Source: Monocercomonoides exilis PA203 (taxonomy: Eukaryota; Protista; Preaxostyla). From it: a DNA stretch of 64,000 nucleotides. This document shows, piece by piece, positions 1 to 11,900 of this stretch (positions are counted from its first letter, which is position 1; every line of letters begins with the position of its first letter). The position numbers and the translations under genes are program-made. The stretch lies in the NCBI GenBank assembly GCA_001643675.2, contig LSRY02000027.1, forward strand, positions 1-64,000, read 5' to 3'. Under the pieces are notes generated by a model. That model was given only the letters and a program-made list of their open reading frames with translations, had not been told where the DNA came from and did not search any database.

Positions 1-2962
1 TAACCCCACCCTAACCCTAACCTAAGGTAAGAGAAAGTAACCCTAACCCTAACCGTTTCCTAACCGAACCCACCCTAACCTAAGAGAACCCTAACCTGCA
101 GGTTAACCCCAACCCTAACCCTAACCCTAACCCTAACCCTAACCTAACTCCTAACTCTAATCCCAACCCTGTAACCCTAACCCTAACCCTAACCTAACCT
201 AAGGCTAACCCAACCCTAACCCTAACCCCTAACCCTAACCCTAACCCTAACCCTAACCCCTAACCCTAACCCCAACTTATAACCCTAACCCTAACCTCAA
301 CCCTAACCCTAACCCAGTAACCCTAACCTCAATGGGACCCAACCCTAACCCTAACCCTAACCCTAACCCCTAACCCTAACTCCTAACCCTAACCCCTAAC
401 CCTAACCCTAACCCTAACCCTAACCCCTAACCCTAACCCTAACCCTAACCCTAACCCTAACCCTAACCCTAACCCTAACCCTAACCCTAACCCTAACCCT
501 AACCCCTAACCTAACCCTAACCCTAACCCTAACCCTAACCCCTAACCCTAACCCCTAACCCTAACCCTAACCCTAACCCTAACCCTAACCCTAACCCTAA
601 CCCTAACCCTAACCCCTAACCCTAACCCTAACCCTAACCCTAACCCTAACCCTAACCCTAACCCTAACCCTAACCCTAACCCTAACCCCTAACCCTAACC
701 CTAACCCTAACCCTAACCCTAACCCTAACCCTAACCCTAACCCTAACCCTAACCCTAACCCTAACCCTAACCCTAACCCTAACCCTAACCTAACCCTAAC
801 CCTAACCCTAACCCTAACCCTAACCCTAACCCTAACCCTAACCCTAACCCTAACCCTAACCCTAACCTAACCCTAACCCTAACCCTAACCTAACCCTAAC
901 CCTAACCCTAACCCTAACCTAACCCTAACCCTAACCCCTAACCCTAACCCTAACCTAACCCTAACCCTAACCCTAACCCTAACCCTAACCCTAACCTAAC
1001 CCTAACCCTAACCCCTAACCCTAACCCTAACCCTAACCCTAACCCTAACCCTAACCCTAACCCTAACCCTAACCCTAACCCTAACCCTAACCCTAACCCT
1101 AACCCTAACCCTAACCCTAACCCCTAACCCTAACCCTAACCCTAACCCTAACCCTAACCCTAACCCTAACCCTAACCCTAACCCTAACCCTAACCCTAAC
1201 CCTAACCCTAACCCTAACCCTAACCCTAACCCTAACCCTAACCCTAACCCTAACCCTAACCCTAACCCTAACCCTAACCCTAACCCTAACCCTAACCCTA
1301 ACCCTAACCCTAACCCTAACCCTAACCCTAACCCTAACCCTAACCCTAACCCTAACCCCTAACCCTAACCCTAACCTAGTTTAACCCTAACCCTAACCCT
1401 AACCCTAACCCTAACCCTAACCCTAACCCTAACCCTAACCCTAACCCTAACCCTAACCCTAACCCTAACCCTAACCCTAACCCTAACCCTAACCCTAACC
1501 CTAACCCTAACCCTAACCCTAACCCTAACCCTAACCCTAACCCTAACCTAACCCTAACCCTAACCCTAACCTAACCCTAACCCCTAACCCTAACCCTAAC
1601 CCCTAACCCTAACCCTAACCCTAACCCTAACCCCTAACCCTAACCCTAACCCTAACCCTAACCCTAACCCTAACCCTAACCCTAACCTAACCCTAACCCT
1701 AACCCTAACCCTAACCCTAACCCTAACCCTAACCCTAACCCTAACCCTAACCCTAACCCTAACCCTAACCCTAACCCTAACCCTAACCCTAACCCTAACC
1801 CTAACCCTAACCCTAACCCTAACCCTAACCCTAACCCTAACCCTAACCCTAACCCTAACCCTAACCCCTAACCCTAACCCCTAACCCTAACCCTAACCCC
1901 TAACCCTAACCCTAACCCTAACCCTAACCCTAACCCTAACCCTAACCCTAACCCTAACCCTAACCCTAACCCTAACCCTAACCCTAACCCTAACCCTAAC
2001 CCTAACCCTAACCCTAACCCTAACCCTAACCCTAACCCTAACCCTAACCCTAACCCTAACCCTAACCCTAACCCCTAACCCTAACCCTAACCCTAACCCT
2101 AACCCTAACCCTAACCCTAACCCTAACCCTAACCCTAACCCTAACCCTAACCCTAACCCTAACCCTAACCCTAACCCTAACCCTAACCCTAACCCTAACC
2201 CTAACCCTAACCTAGTTTGAACCCTAACCCTAACCCTAACCCTAACCCTAACCCTAACCCTAACCCCTAACCCTAACCCTAACCCTAACCCTAACCCTAA
2301 CCCTAACTTTTAACCCTAACCCTAACCCTAACCCTAACCCTAACCCTAACCCCTAACCCTAACCCTAACCCTAACCCTAACCCTAACCTAACCCTAACCT
2401 AACCCTAACCCTAACCCTAACCCTAACCCTAACCCTAACCCTAACCCTAACCCTAACCCTAACCCTAACCCTAACCCTAACCCTAACCCTAACCCTAACC
2501 CTAACCCTAACCCTAACCCTAACCCTAACCCTAACCCTAACCCTAACCCTAACCCTAACCCTAACCCTAACCTAACCCTAACCCTAACCCTAACCCTAAC
2601 CCTAACCCTAACCCTAACCCTAACCCCTAACCCTAACCTAACCCTAACCCTAACCCTAACCTAACCCCTAACCTAACCCTAACCCTAACCCTAACCCTAA
2701 CCCTAACCCTAACCCTAACCCTAACCCTAACCCTAACCCTAACCCTAACCCTAACCCTAACCCTAACCCTAACCCTAACCCTAACCCCTAACCCTAACCC
2801 TAACCCTAACCCTAACCCTAACCCTAACCCTAACCCTAACCTAACCCTAACCCTAACCCTAACCCTAACCCTAACCCTAACCCTAACCTAACCCTAACCC
2901 TAACCCTAACCCTAACCCTAACCCTAACCTAACCTAACCCTAACCTAACCTAACCTAACCTA
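1..2962 (-). repeat. Telomere, (TTAGGG)n on the minus strand / (CCCTAA)n on the plus strand
   Basis: Continuous CCCTAA hexamer array from the window start. The first ~350 nt are degenerate. CCTAA and CCCCTAA variants are scattered through it, and it ends in a run of CCTAA pentamers at the junction ...AACCTAACCTA|GGGATG. Confidence 0.99.
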
Positions 2963-5900
2963 GGGATGAAGGGATGGAGAGAGAAGGATTTGGAGTGCAG
3001 GGATGGGGTGCACACCCTATGAGGTAAATTATAAAAAATAGGAGAAAAAAGGAGAGGAAAGAAAAGTGAGGGTGAGGTTGAGAGAGAGAGAGGGAAATGG
3101 ATGGGTTGAGAGAAAGAGAGAGAGGAAAGAGTGGGGAGTCAGAGAGGTTGGGAGAGGCGAGTGCTGCACAGGGGCTGCACAGATGGTGCACAGCGCTGCA
3201 GCGCTCATCCCTCTACTCGCCTTCACCTCATGAATGAAGTGTGGGAGAGAGGGGAGTTGGGGAAGAGAGGAGAATGAGGGAGAAAGAGAGGTTAGAGAGG
3301 GAAGAGAAAAAAAGAATAAAAAAAATCGTGTGGGATGAAGGGATGGAGAGAGAAGGATTTGGAGTGCAGGGATGGGGTGCACACCCTATGAGGTAAATTA
3401 TAAAAAATAGGAGAAAAAGGAGAGGAAAGAAAAGTGAGGGTGAGGTTGAGAGAGAGAGAGGGAAATGGATGGGTTGAGAGAAAGAGAGAGAGGAAAGAGT
3501 GGGGAGTCAGAGAGGTTGGGAGAGGCGAGTGCTGCACAGGGGCTGCACAGATGGTGCACAGCGCTGCAGCGCTCATCCCTCTTACTCGCCTTCACTCTGC
3601 GAATGAAGTGTGGGAGAGAGGGGAGTTGGGGAAGAGAGGAGAATGAGGGAGAAAGAGAGGTTAGAGAGGGAAGAGAAAAAAAGAATAAAAAAAATCGTGT
3701 GGGATGAAGGGATGGAGAGAGAAGGATTTGGAGTGCAGGGATGGGGTGCACACCCTATGAGGTAAATTATAAAAAATAGGAGAAAAAGGAGAGGAAAGAA
3801 AAGTGAGGGTGAGGTTGAGAGAGAGAGAGGGAAATGGATGGGTTGAGAGAAAGAGAGAGAGGAAAGAGTGGGGAGTCAGAGAGGTTGGGAGAGGCGAGTG
3901 CTGCACAGGGGCTGCACAGATGGTGCACAGCGCTGCAGCGCTCATCCCTCTTACTCGCCTTCACTCTGCGAATGAAGTGTGGGAGAGAGGGGAGTTGGGG
4001 AAGAGAGGAGAATGAGGGAGAAAGAGAGGTTAGAGAGGGAAGAGAAAAAAAGAATAAAAAAAATCGTGTGGGATGAAGGGATGGAGAGAGAAGGATTTGG
4101 AGTGCAGGGATGGGGTGCACACCCTATGAGGTAAATTATAAAAAATAGGAGAAAAAAGGAGAGGAAAGAAAAGTGAGGGTGAGGTTGAGAGAGAGAGAGG
4201 GAAATGGATGGGTTGAGAGAAAGAGAGAGAGGAAAGAGTGGGGAGTCAGAGAGGTTGGGAGAGGCGAGTGCTGCACAGGGGCTGCACAGATGGTGCACAG
4301 CGCTGCAGCGCTCATCCTCTTACTCGCCTTCACTCTGCGAATGAAGTGTGGGAGAGAGGGGAGTTGGGGAAGAGAGGAGAATGAGGGAGAAAGAGAGGTT
4401 AGAGAGGGAAGAGAAAAAAGAATAAAAAAATCGTGTGGATGAAGGGATGGAGAGAGAAGGATTTGGAGTGCAGGGATGGGGTGCACACCCTATGAGGTAA
4501 ATTATAAAAAATAGGAGAAAAAAGGAGAGGAAAGAAAAGTGAGGGTGAGGTTGAGAGAGAGAGAGGGAAATGGATGGGTTGAGAGAAAGAGAGAGAGGAA
4601 AGAGTGGGGAGTCAGAGAGGTTGGGAGAGGCGAGTGCTGCACAGGGGCTGCACAGATGGTGCACAGCGCTGCAGCGCTCATCCCTCTTACTCGCCTTCAC
4701 TCTGCGAATGAAGTGTGGGAGAGAGGGGAGTTGGGGAAGAGAGGAGAATGAGGGAGAAAGAGAGGTTAGAGAGGGAAGAGAAAAAAAGAATAAAAAAATC
4801 GTGTGGGATGAAGGGATGGAGAGAGAAGGATTTGGAGTGCAGGGATGGGGTGCACACCCTATGAGGTAAATTATAAAAAATAGGAGAAAAAGGAGAGGAA
4901 AGAAAAGTGAGGGTGAGGTTGAGAGAGAGAGAGGGAAATGGATGGGTTGAGAGAAAGAGAGAGAGGAAAGAGTGGGGAGTCAGAGAGGTTGGGAGAGGCG
5001 AGTGCTGCACAGGGGCTGCACAGATGGTGCACAGCGCTGCAGCGCTCATCCCTTCTACTCGCCTTCACTCTGCGAATGAAGTGTGGGAGAGAGGGAGTTG
5101 GGGAAGAGAGGAGAATGAGGGAGAAAGAGAGGTTAGAGAGGGAAGAGAAAAAAAGAATAAAAAAAATCGTGTGGGATGAAGGGATGGAGAGAGAAGGATT
5201 TGGAGTGCAGGGATGGGGTGCACACCCTATGAGGTAAATTATAAAAAATAGGAGAAAAAGGAGAGGAAAGAAAAGTGAGGGTGAGGTTGAGAGAGAGAGA
5301 GGGAAATGGATGGGTTGAGAGAAAGAGAGAGAGGAAAGAGTGGGGAGTCAGAGAGGTTGGGAGAGGCGAGTGCTGCACAGGGGCTGCACAGATGGTGCAC
5401 AGCGCTGTAGCGCTCATCCCTTCTTACTCGCCTTCACTCTGCGAATGAAGTGTGGGAGAGAGGGGAGTTGGGGAAGAGAGGAGAATGAGGGAGAAAGAGA
5501 GGTTAGAGAGGGAAGAGAAAAAAGAATAAAAAAAAATCGTGTGGGATGAAGGGATGGAGAGAGAAGGATTTGGAGTGCAGGGATGGGGTGCACACCCTAT
5601 GAGGTAAATTATAAAAAAATAGGAGAAAAAGGAGAGGAAAGAAAAGTGAGGGTGAGGTTGAGAGAGAGAGAGGGAAATGGATGGGTTGAGAGAAAGAGAG
5701 AGAGGAAAGAGTGGGGAGTCAGAGAGGTTGGGAGAGGCGAGTGCTGCACAGGGGCTGCACAGATGGTGCACAGCGCTGTAGCGCTCATCCCTTCTTACTC
5801 GCCTTCACTCTGCGAATGAAGTGTGGGAGAGAGGGGAGTTGGGGAAGAGAGGAGAATGAGGGAGAAAGAGAGGTTAGAGAGGGAAGAGAAAAAAAGAATA

Positions 5901-8900
5901 AAAAAAATCGTGTGGGATGAAGGGATGGAGAGAGAAGGATTTGGAGTGCAGGGATGGGGTGCACACCCTATGAGGTAAATTATAAAAAATAGGAGAAAAA
6001 GGAGAGGAAAGAAAAGTGAGGGTGAGGTTGAGAGAGAGAGGGAAATGGATGGGTTGAGAGAAAGAGAGAGAGGAAAGAGTGGGGAGTCAGAGAGGTTGGG
6101 AGAGGCGAGTGCTGCACAGGGGCTGCACAGATGGTGCACAGCGCTGTAGCGCTCATCCCTTCTTACTCGCCTTCACTCTGCGAATGAAGTGTGGGAGAGA
6201 GGGGAGTTGGGGAAGAGAGGAGAATGAGGGAGAAAGAGAGGTTAGAGAGGGAAGAGAAAAAAAGAATAAAAAAAATCGTGGGATGAAGGGATGGAGAGAG
6301 AAGGATTTGGAGTGCAGGGATGGGGTGCACACCCTATGAGGTAAATTATAAAAAATAGGAGAAAAAGGAGAGGAAAGAAAAGTGAGGGTGAGGTTGAGAG
6401 AGAGAGAGGGAAATGGATGGGTTGAGAGAAAGAGAGAGAGGAAAGAGTGGGGAGTCAGAGAGGTTGGGAGAGGCGAGTGCTGCACAGGGGCTGCACAGAT
6501 GGTGCACATGCTGTAGCGCTCATCCCTTCTTACTCGCCTTCACTCATGAATGAAGTGTGGGAGAGAGGGGAGTTGGGGAAGAGAGGAGAATGAGGGAGAA
6601 AGAGAGGTTAGAGAGGGAAGAGAAAAAGAATAAAAAAATCGTGTGGGATGAAGGGATGGAGAGAGAAGGATTTGGAGTGCAGGGATGGGGTGCACACCCT
6701 ATGAGGTAAATTATAAAAAAATAGGAGAAAAAGGAGAGGAAAGAAAAGTGAGGGTGAGGTTGAGAGAGAGAGAGGGAAATGGATGGGTTGAGAGAAAGAG
6801 AGAGAGGAAAGAGTGGGGAGTCAGAGAGGTTGGGAGAGGCGAGTGCTGCACAGGGGCTGCACAGATGGTGCACAGCGCTGTAGCGCTCATCCCTTCTTAC
6901 TCGCCTTCACTCTGCGAATGAAGTGTGGGAGAGAGGGGAGTTGGGGAAGAGAGGAGAATGAGGGAGAAAGAGAGGTTAGAGAGGGAAGAGAAAAAGAATA
7001 AAAAAAATCGGGATGAAGGGATGGAGAGAGAAGGATTTGGAGTGCAGGGATGGGGTGCACACCCTATGAGGTAAATTATAAAAAAATAGGAGAAAAAAGG
7101 AGAGGAAAGAAAAGTGAGGGTGAGGTTGAGAGAGAGAGAGGGAAATGGATGGGTTGAGAGAAAGAGAGAGGAAAGAGTGGGGAGTCAGAGAGGTTGGGAG
7201 AGGCGAGTGCTGCACAGGGGCTGCACAGATGGTGCACAGCGCTGTAGCGCTCATCCCTTCTTACTCGCCTTCACTCTGCGAATGAAGTGTGGGAGAGAGG
7301 GGAGTTGGGGAAGAGAGGAGAATGAGGGAGAAAGAGAGGTTAGAGAGGGAAGAGAAAAAAAGAATAAAAAAAATCGTGTGGGATGAAGGGATGGAGAGAG
7401 AAGGATTTGGAGTGCAGGGATGGGGTGCACACCCTATGAGGTAAATTATAAAAAATAGGAGAAAAAGGAGAGGAAAGAAAAGTGAGGGTGAGGTTGAGAG
7501 AGAGAGGGAAATGGATGGGTTGAGAGAAAGAGAGAGAGGAAAGAGTGGGGAGTCAGAGAGGTTGGGAGAGGCGAGTGCTGCACAGGGGCTGCACAGATGG
7601 TGCACAGCGCTGCAGCGCTCATCCCTTCTACTCGCCTTCACTCTGCGAATGAAGTGTGGGAGAGAGGGGAGTTGGGGAAGAGAGGAGAATGAGGGAGAAA
7701 GAGAGGTTAGAGAGGGAAGAGAAAAAAAGAATAAAAAAAAATCGTGTGGGATGAAGGGATGGAGAGAGAAGGATTTGGAGTGCAGGGATGGGGTGCACAC
7801 CCTATGAGGTAAATTATAAAAAATAGGAGAAAAAGGAGAGGAAAGAAAAGTGAGGGTGAGGTTGAGAGAGAGAGAGGGAAATGGATGGGTTGAGAGAAAG
7901 AGAGAGAGGAAAGAGTGGGGAGTCAGAGAGGTTGGGAGAGGCGAGTGCTGCACAGGGGCTGCACAGATGGTGCACAGCGCTGTAGCGCTCATCCCTTCTT
8001 ACTCGCCTTCACTCCCGCGAATGAAGTGTGGGAGAGAGGGGAGTTGGGGAAGAGAGGAGAATGAGGGAGAAAGAGAGGTTAGAGAGGGAAGAGAAAAAAG
8101 AATAAAAAAAATCGTGTGGGATGAAGGGATGGAGAGAGAAGGATTTGGAGTGCAGGGATGGGGTGCACACCCTATGAGGTAAATTATAAAAATAGGAGAA
8201 AAAGGAGAGGAAAGAAAAGTGAGGGTGAGGTTGAGAGAGAGAGAGGGAAATGGATGGGTTGAGAGAAAGAGAGAGAGGAAAGAGTGGGGAGTCAGAGAGG
8301 TTGGGAGAGGCGAGTGCTGCACAGGGGCTGCACAGATGGTGCACAGCGCTGTAGCGCTCATCCCTTCTTACTCGCCTTCACTCTGCGAATGAAGTGTGGG
8401 AGAGAGGGGAGTTGGGGAAGAGAGGAGAATGAGGGAGAAAGAGAGGTTAGAGAGGGAAGAGAAAAAAAGAATAAAAAAAATCGTGTGGGATGAAGGGATG
8501 GAGAGAGAAGGATTTGGAGTGCAGGGATGGGGTGCACACCCTATGAGGTAAATTATAAAAATAGGAGAAAAAGGAGAGGAAAGAAAAGTGAGGGTGAGGT
8601 TGAGAGAGAGAGAGGGAAATGGATGGGTTGAGAGAAAGAGAGAGAGGAAAGAGTGGGGAGTCAGAGAGGTTGGGAGAGGCGAGTGCTGCACAGGGGCTGC
8701 ACAGATGGTGCACAGCGCTGTAGCGCTCATCCCTTCTTACTCGCCTTCACTCTGCGAATGAAGTGTGGGAGAGAGGGAGTTGGGGAAGAGAGGAGAATGA
8801 GGGAGAAAGAGAGGTTAGAGAGGGAAGAGAAAAAAAGAATAAAAAAAAATCGTGTGGGATGAAGGGATGGAGAGAGAAGGATTTGGAGTGCAGGGATGGG

Positions 8901-11900
8901 GTGCACACCCCATGAGGTAAAATTATAAAAAATAGGAGAAAAAGGAGAGGAAAGAAAAGTGAGGGTGAGGTTGAGAGAGAGAGAGGGAAATGGATGGGTT
9001 GAGAGAAAGAGAGAGAGGAAAGAGTGGGGAGTCAGAGAGGTTGGGAGAGGCGAGTGCTGCACAGGGGCTGCACAGATGGTGCACAGCGCTGTAGCGCTCA
9101 TCCCTTCTTACTCGCCTTCACTCTGCGAATGAAGTGGGAGAGGGGAGTTGGGGAAGAGAGGAGAATGAGGGAGAAAGAGAGGTTAGAGAGGGAAGAGAAA
9201 AAAAGAATAAAAAAAAATCGTGTGGGATGAAGGGATGGAGAGAGAAGGATTTGGAGTGCAGGGATGGGGTGCACACCCTATGAGGTAAATTATAAAAAAT
9301 AGGAGAAAAAGGAGAGGAAAGAAAAGTGAGGGTGAGGTTGAGAGAGAGAGAGGGAAATGGATGGGTTGAGAGAAAGAGAGAGAGGAAAGAGTGGGGAGTC
9401 AGAGAGGTTGGGAGAGGCGAGTGCTGCACAGGGGCTGCACAGATGGTGCACAGCGCTGTAGCGCTCATCCTCTTACTCGCCTTCACCTGCGAATGAAGTG
9501 TGGGAGAGAGGGGAGTTGGGGAAGAGAGGAGAATGAGGGAGAAAGAGAGGTTAGAGAGGGAAGAGAAAAAAGAATAAAAAAAATCGTGTGGGATGAAGGG
9601 ATGGAGAGAGAAGGATTTGGAGTGCAGGGATGGGGTGCACACCCTATGAGGTAAATTATAAAAAATAGGAGAAAAAGGAGAGGAAAGAAAAGTGAGGGTG
9701 AGGTTGAGAGAGAGAGAGGGAAATGGATGGGTTGAGAGAAAGAGAGAGAGGAAAGAGTGGGGAGTCAGAGAGGTTGGGAGAGGCGAGTGCTGCACAGGGG
9801 CTGCACAGATGGTGCACAGCGCTGTAGCGCTCATCCCTTCTTACTCGCCTTCACTCTGCGAATGAAGTGTGGGAGAGAGGGGAGTTGGGGAAGAGAGGAG
9901 AATGAGGGAGAAAGAGAGGTTAGAGAGGGAAGAGAAAAAAGAATAAAAAAAATCGTGTGGGATGAAGGGATGGAGAGAGAAGGATTTGGAGTGCAGGGAT
10001 GGGGTGCACACCCTATGAGGTAAATTATAAAAAATAGGAGAAAAAGGAGAGGAAAGAAAAGTGAGGGTGAGGTTGAGAGAGAGAGAGGGAAATGGATGGG
10101 TTGAGAGAAAGAGAGAGAGGAAAGAGTGGGGAGTCAGAGAGGTTGGGAGAGGCGAGTGCTGCACAGGGGCTGCACAGATGGTGCACAGCGCTGTAGCGCT
10201 CATCCTCTTACTCGCCTTCACTCTGCGAATGAAGTGTGGGAGAGAGGGAGTTGGGGAAGAGAGGAGAATGAGGGAGAAAGAGAGGTTAGAGAGGGAAGAG
10301 AAAAAAAGAATAAAAAAAATCGTGTGGGATGAAGGGATGGAGAGAGAAGGATTTGGAGTGCAGGGATGGGGTGCACACCCTATGAGGTAAATTATAAAAA
10401 ATAGGAGAAAAAGGAGAGGAAAGAAAAGTGAGGGTGAGGTTGAGAGAGAGAGAGGGAAATGGATGGGTTGAGAGAAAGAGAGAGAGGAAAGAGTGGGGAG
10501 TCAGAGAGGTTGGGAGAGGCGAGTGCTGCACAGGGGCTGCACAGATGGTGCACAGCGCTGTAGCGCTCATCCCTCTTACTCGCCTTCACTCTGCGAATGA
10601 AGTGTGGGAGAGAGGGGAGTTGGGGAAGAGAGGAGAATGAGGGAGAAAGAGAGGTTAGAGAGGGAAGAGAAAAAAGAATAAAAAAAAATCGTGTGGGATG
10701 AAGGGATGGAGAGAGAAGGATTTGGAGTGCAGGGATGGGGTGCACACCCTATGAGGTAAATTATAAAAATAGGAGAAAAAGGAGAGGAAAGAAAAGTGAG
10801 GGTGAGGTTGAGAGAGAGAGAGGGAAATGGATGGGTTGAGAGAAAGAGAGAGAGGAAAGAGTGGGGAGTCAGAGAGGTTGGGAGAGGCGAGTGCTGCACA
10901 GGGGCTGCACAGATGGTGCACAGCGCTGTAGCGCTCATCCCTTCTTACTCGCCTTCACTCTGCGAATGAAGTGTGGGAGAGAGGGAGTTGGGGAAGAGAG
11001 GAGAATGAGGGAGAAAGAGAGGTTAGAGAGGGAAGAGAAAAAAGAATAAAAAAAATCGTGTGGGATGAAGGGATGGAGAGAGAAGGATTTGGAGTGCAGG
11101 GATGGGGTGCACACCCTATGAGGTAAATTATAAAAAATAGGAGAAAAAGGAGAGGAAAGAAAAGTGAGGGTGAGGTTGAGAGAGAGAGAGGGAAATGGAT
11201 GGGTTGAGAGAAAGAGAGAGAGGAAAGAGTGGGGAGTCAGAGAGGTTGGGAGAGGCGAGTGCTGCACAGGGGCTGCACAGATGGTGCACAGCGCTGTAGC
11301 GCTCATCCCTTCTTACTCGCCTTCACTCTGCGAATGAAGTGTGGGAGAGAGGGGAGTTGGGGAAGAGAGGAGAATGAGGGAGAAAGAGAGGTTAGAGAGG
11401 GAAGAGAAAAAAGAATAAAAAAAATCGTGTGGGATGAAGGGATGGAGAGAGAAGGATTTGGAGTGCAGGGATGGGGTGCACACCCTATGAGGTAAATTAT
11501 AAAAAATAGGAGAAAAAGGAGAGGAAAGAAAAGTGAGGGTGAGGTTGAGAGAGAGAGAGGGAAATGGATGGGTTGAGAGAAAGAGAGAGAGGAAAGAGTG
11601 GGGAGTCAGAGAGGTTGGGAGAGGCGAGTGCTGCACAGGGGCTGCACAGATGGTGCACAGCGCTGTAGCGCTCATCCCTTCTTACTCGCCTTCACTCTGC
11701 GAATGAAGTGTGGGAGAGAGGGAGTTGGGGAAGAGAGGAGAATGAGGGAGAAAGAGAGGTTAGAGAGGGAAGAGAAAAAAAGAATAAAAAAAAATCGTGT
11801 GGGATGAAGGGATGGAGAGAGAAGGATTTGGAGTGCAGGGATGGGGTGCACACCCTATGAGGTAAATTATAAAAAATAGGAGAAAAAGGAGAGGAAAGAA

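Noticed and set aside
1-350. Highly variant repeats at the extreme tip, including CTAACCGAACC (60-70) matching 23507-23517
   Set aside because: Low-coverage read-end noise is the simplest explanation, and the match is one substitution from a plain repeat.
350-2920. Scattered CCTAA and CCCCTAA variants as proof of a mixed telomere repeat
   Set aside because: Indistinguishable from homopolymer-length sequencing error without raw reads.
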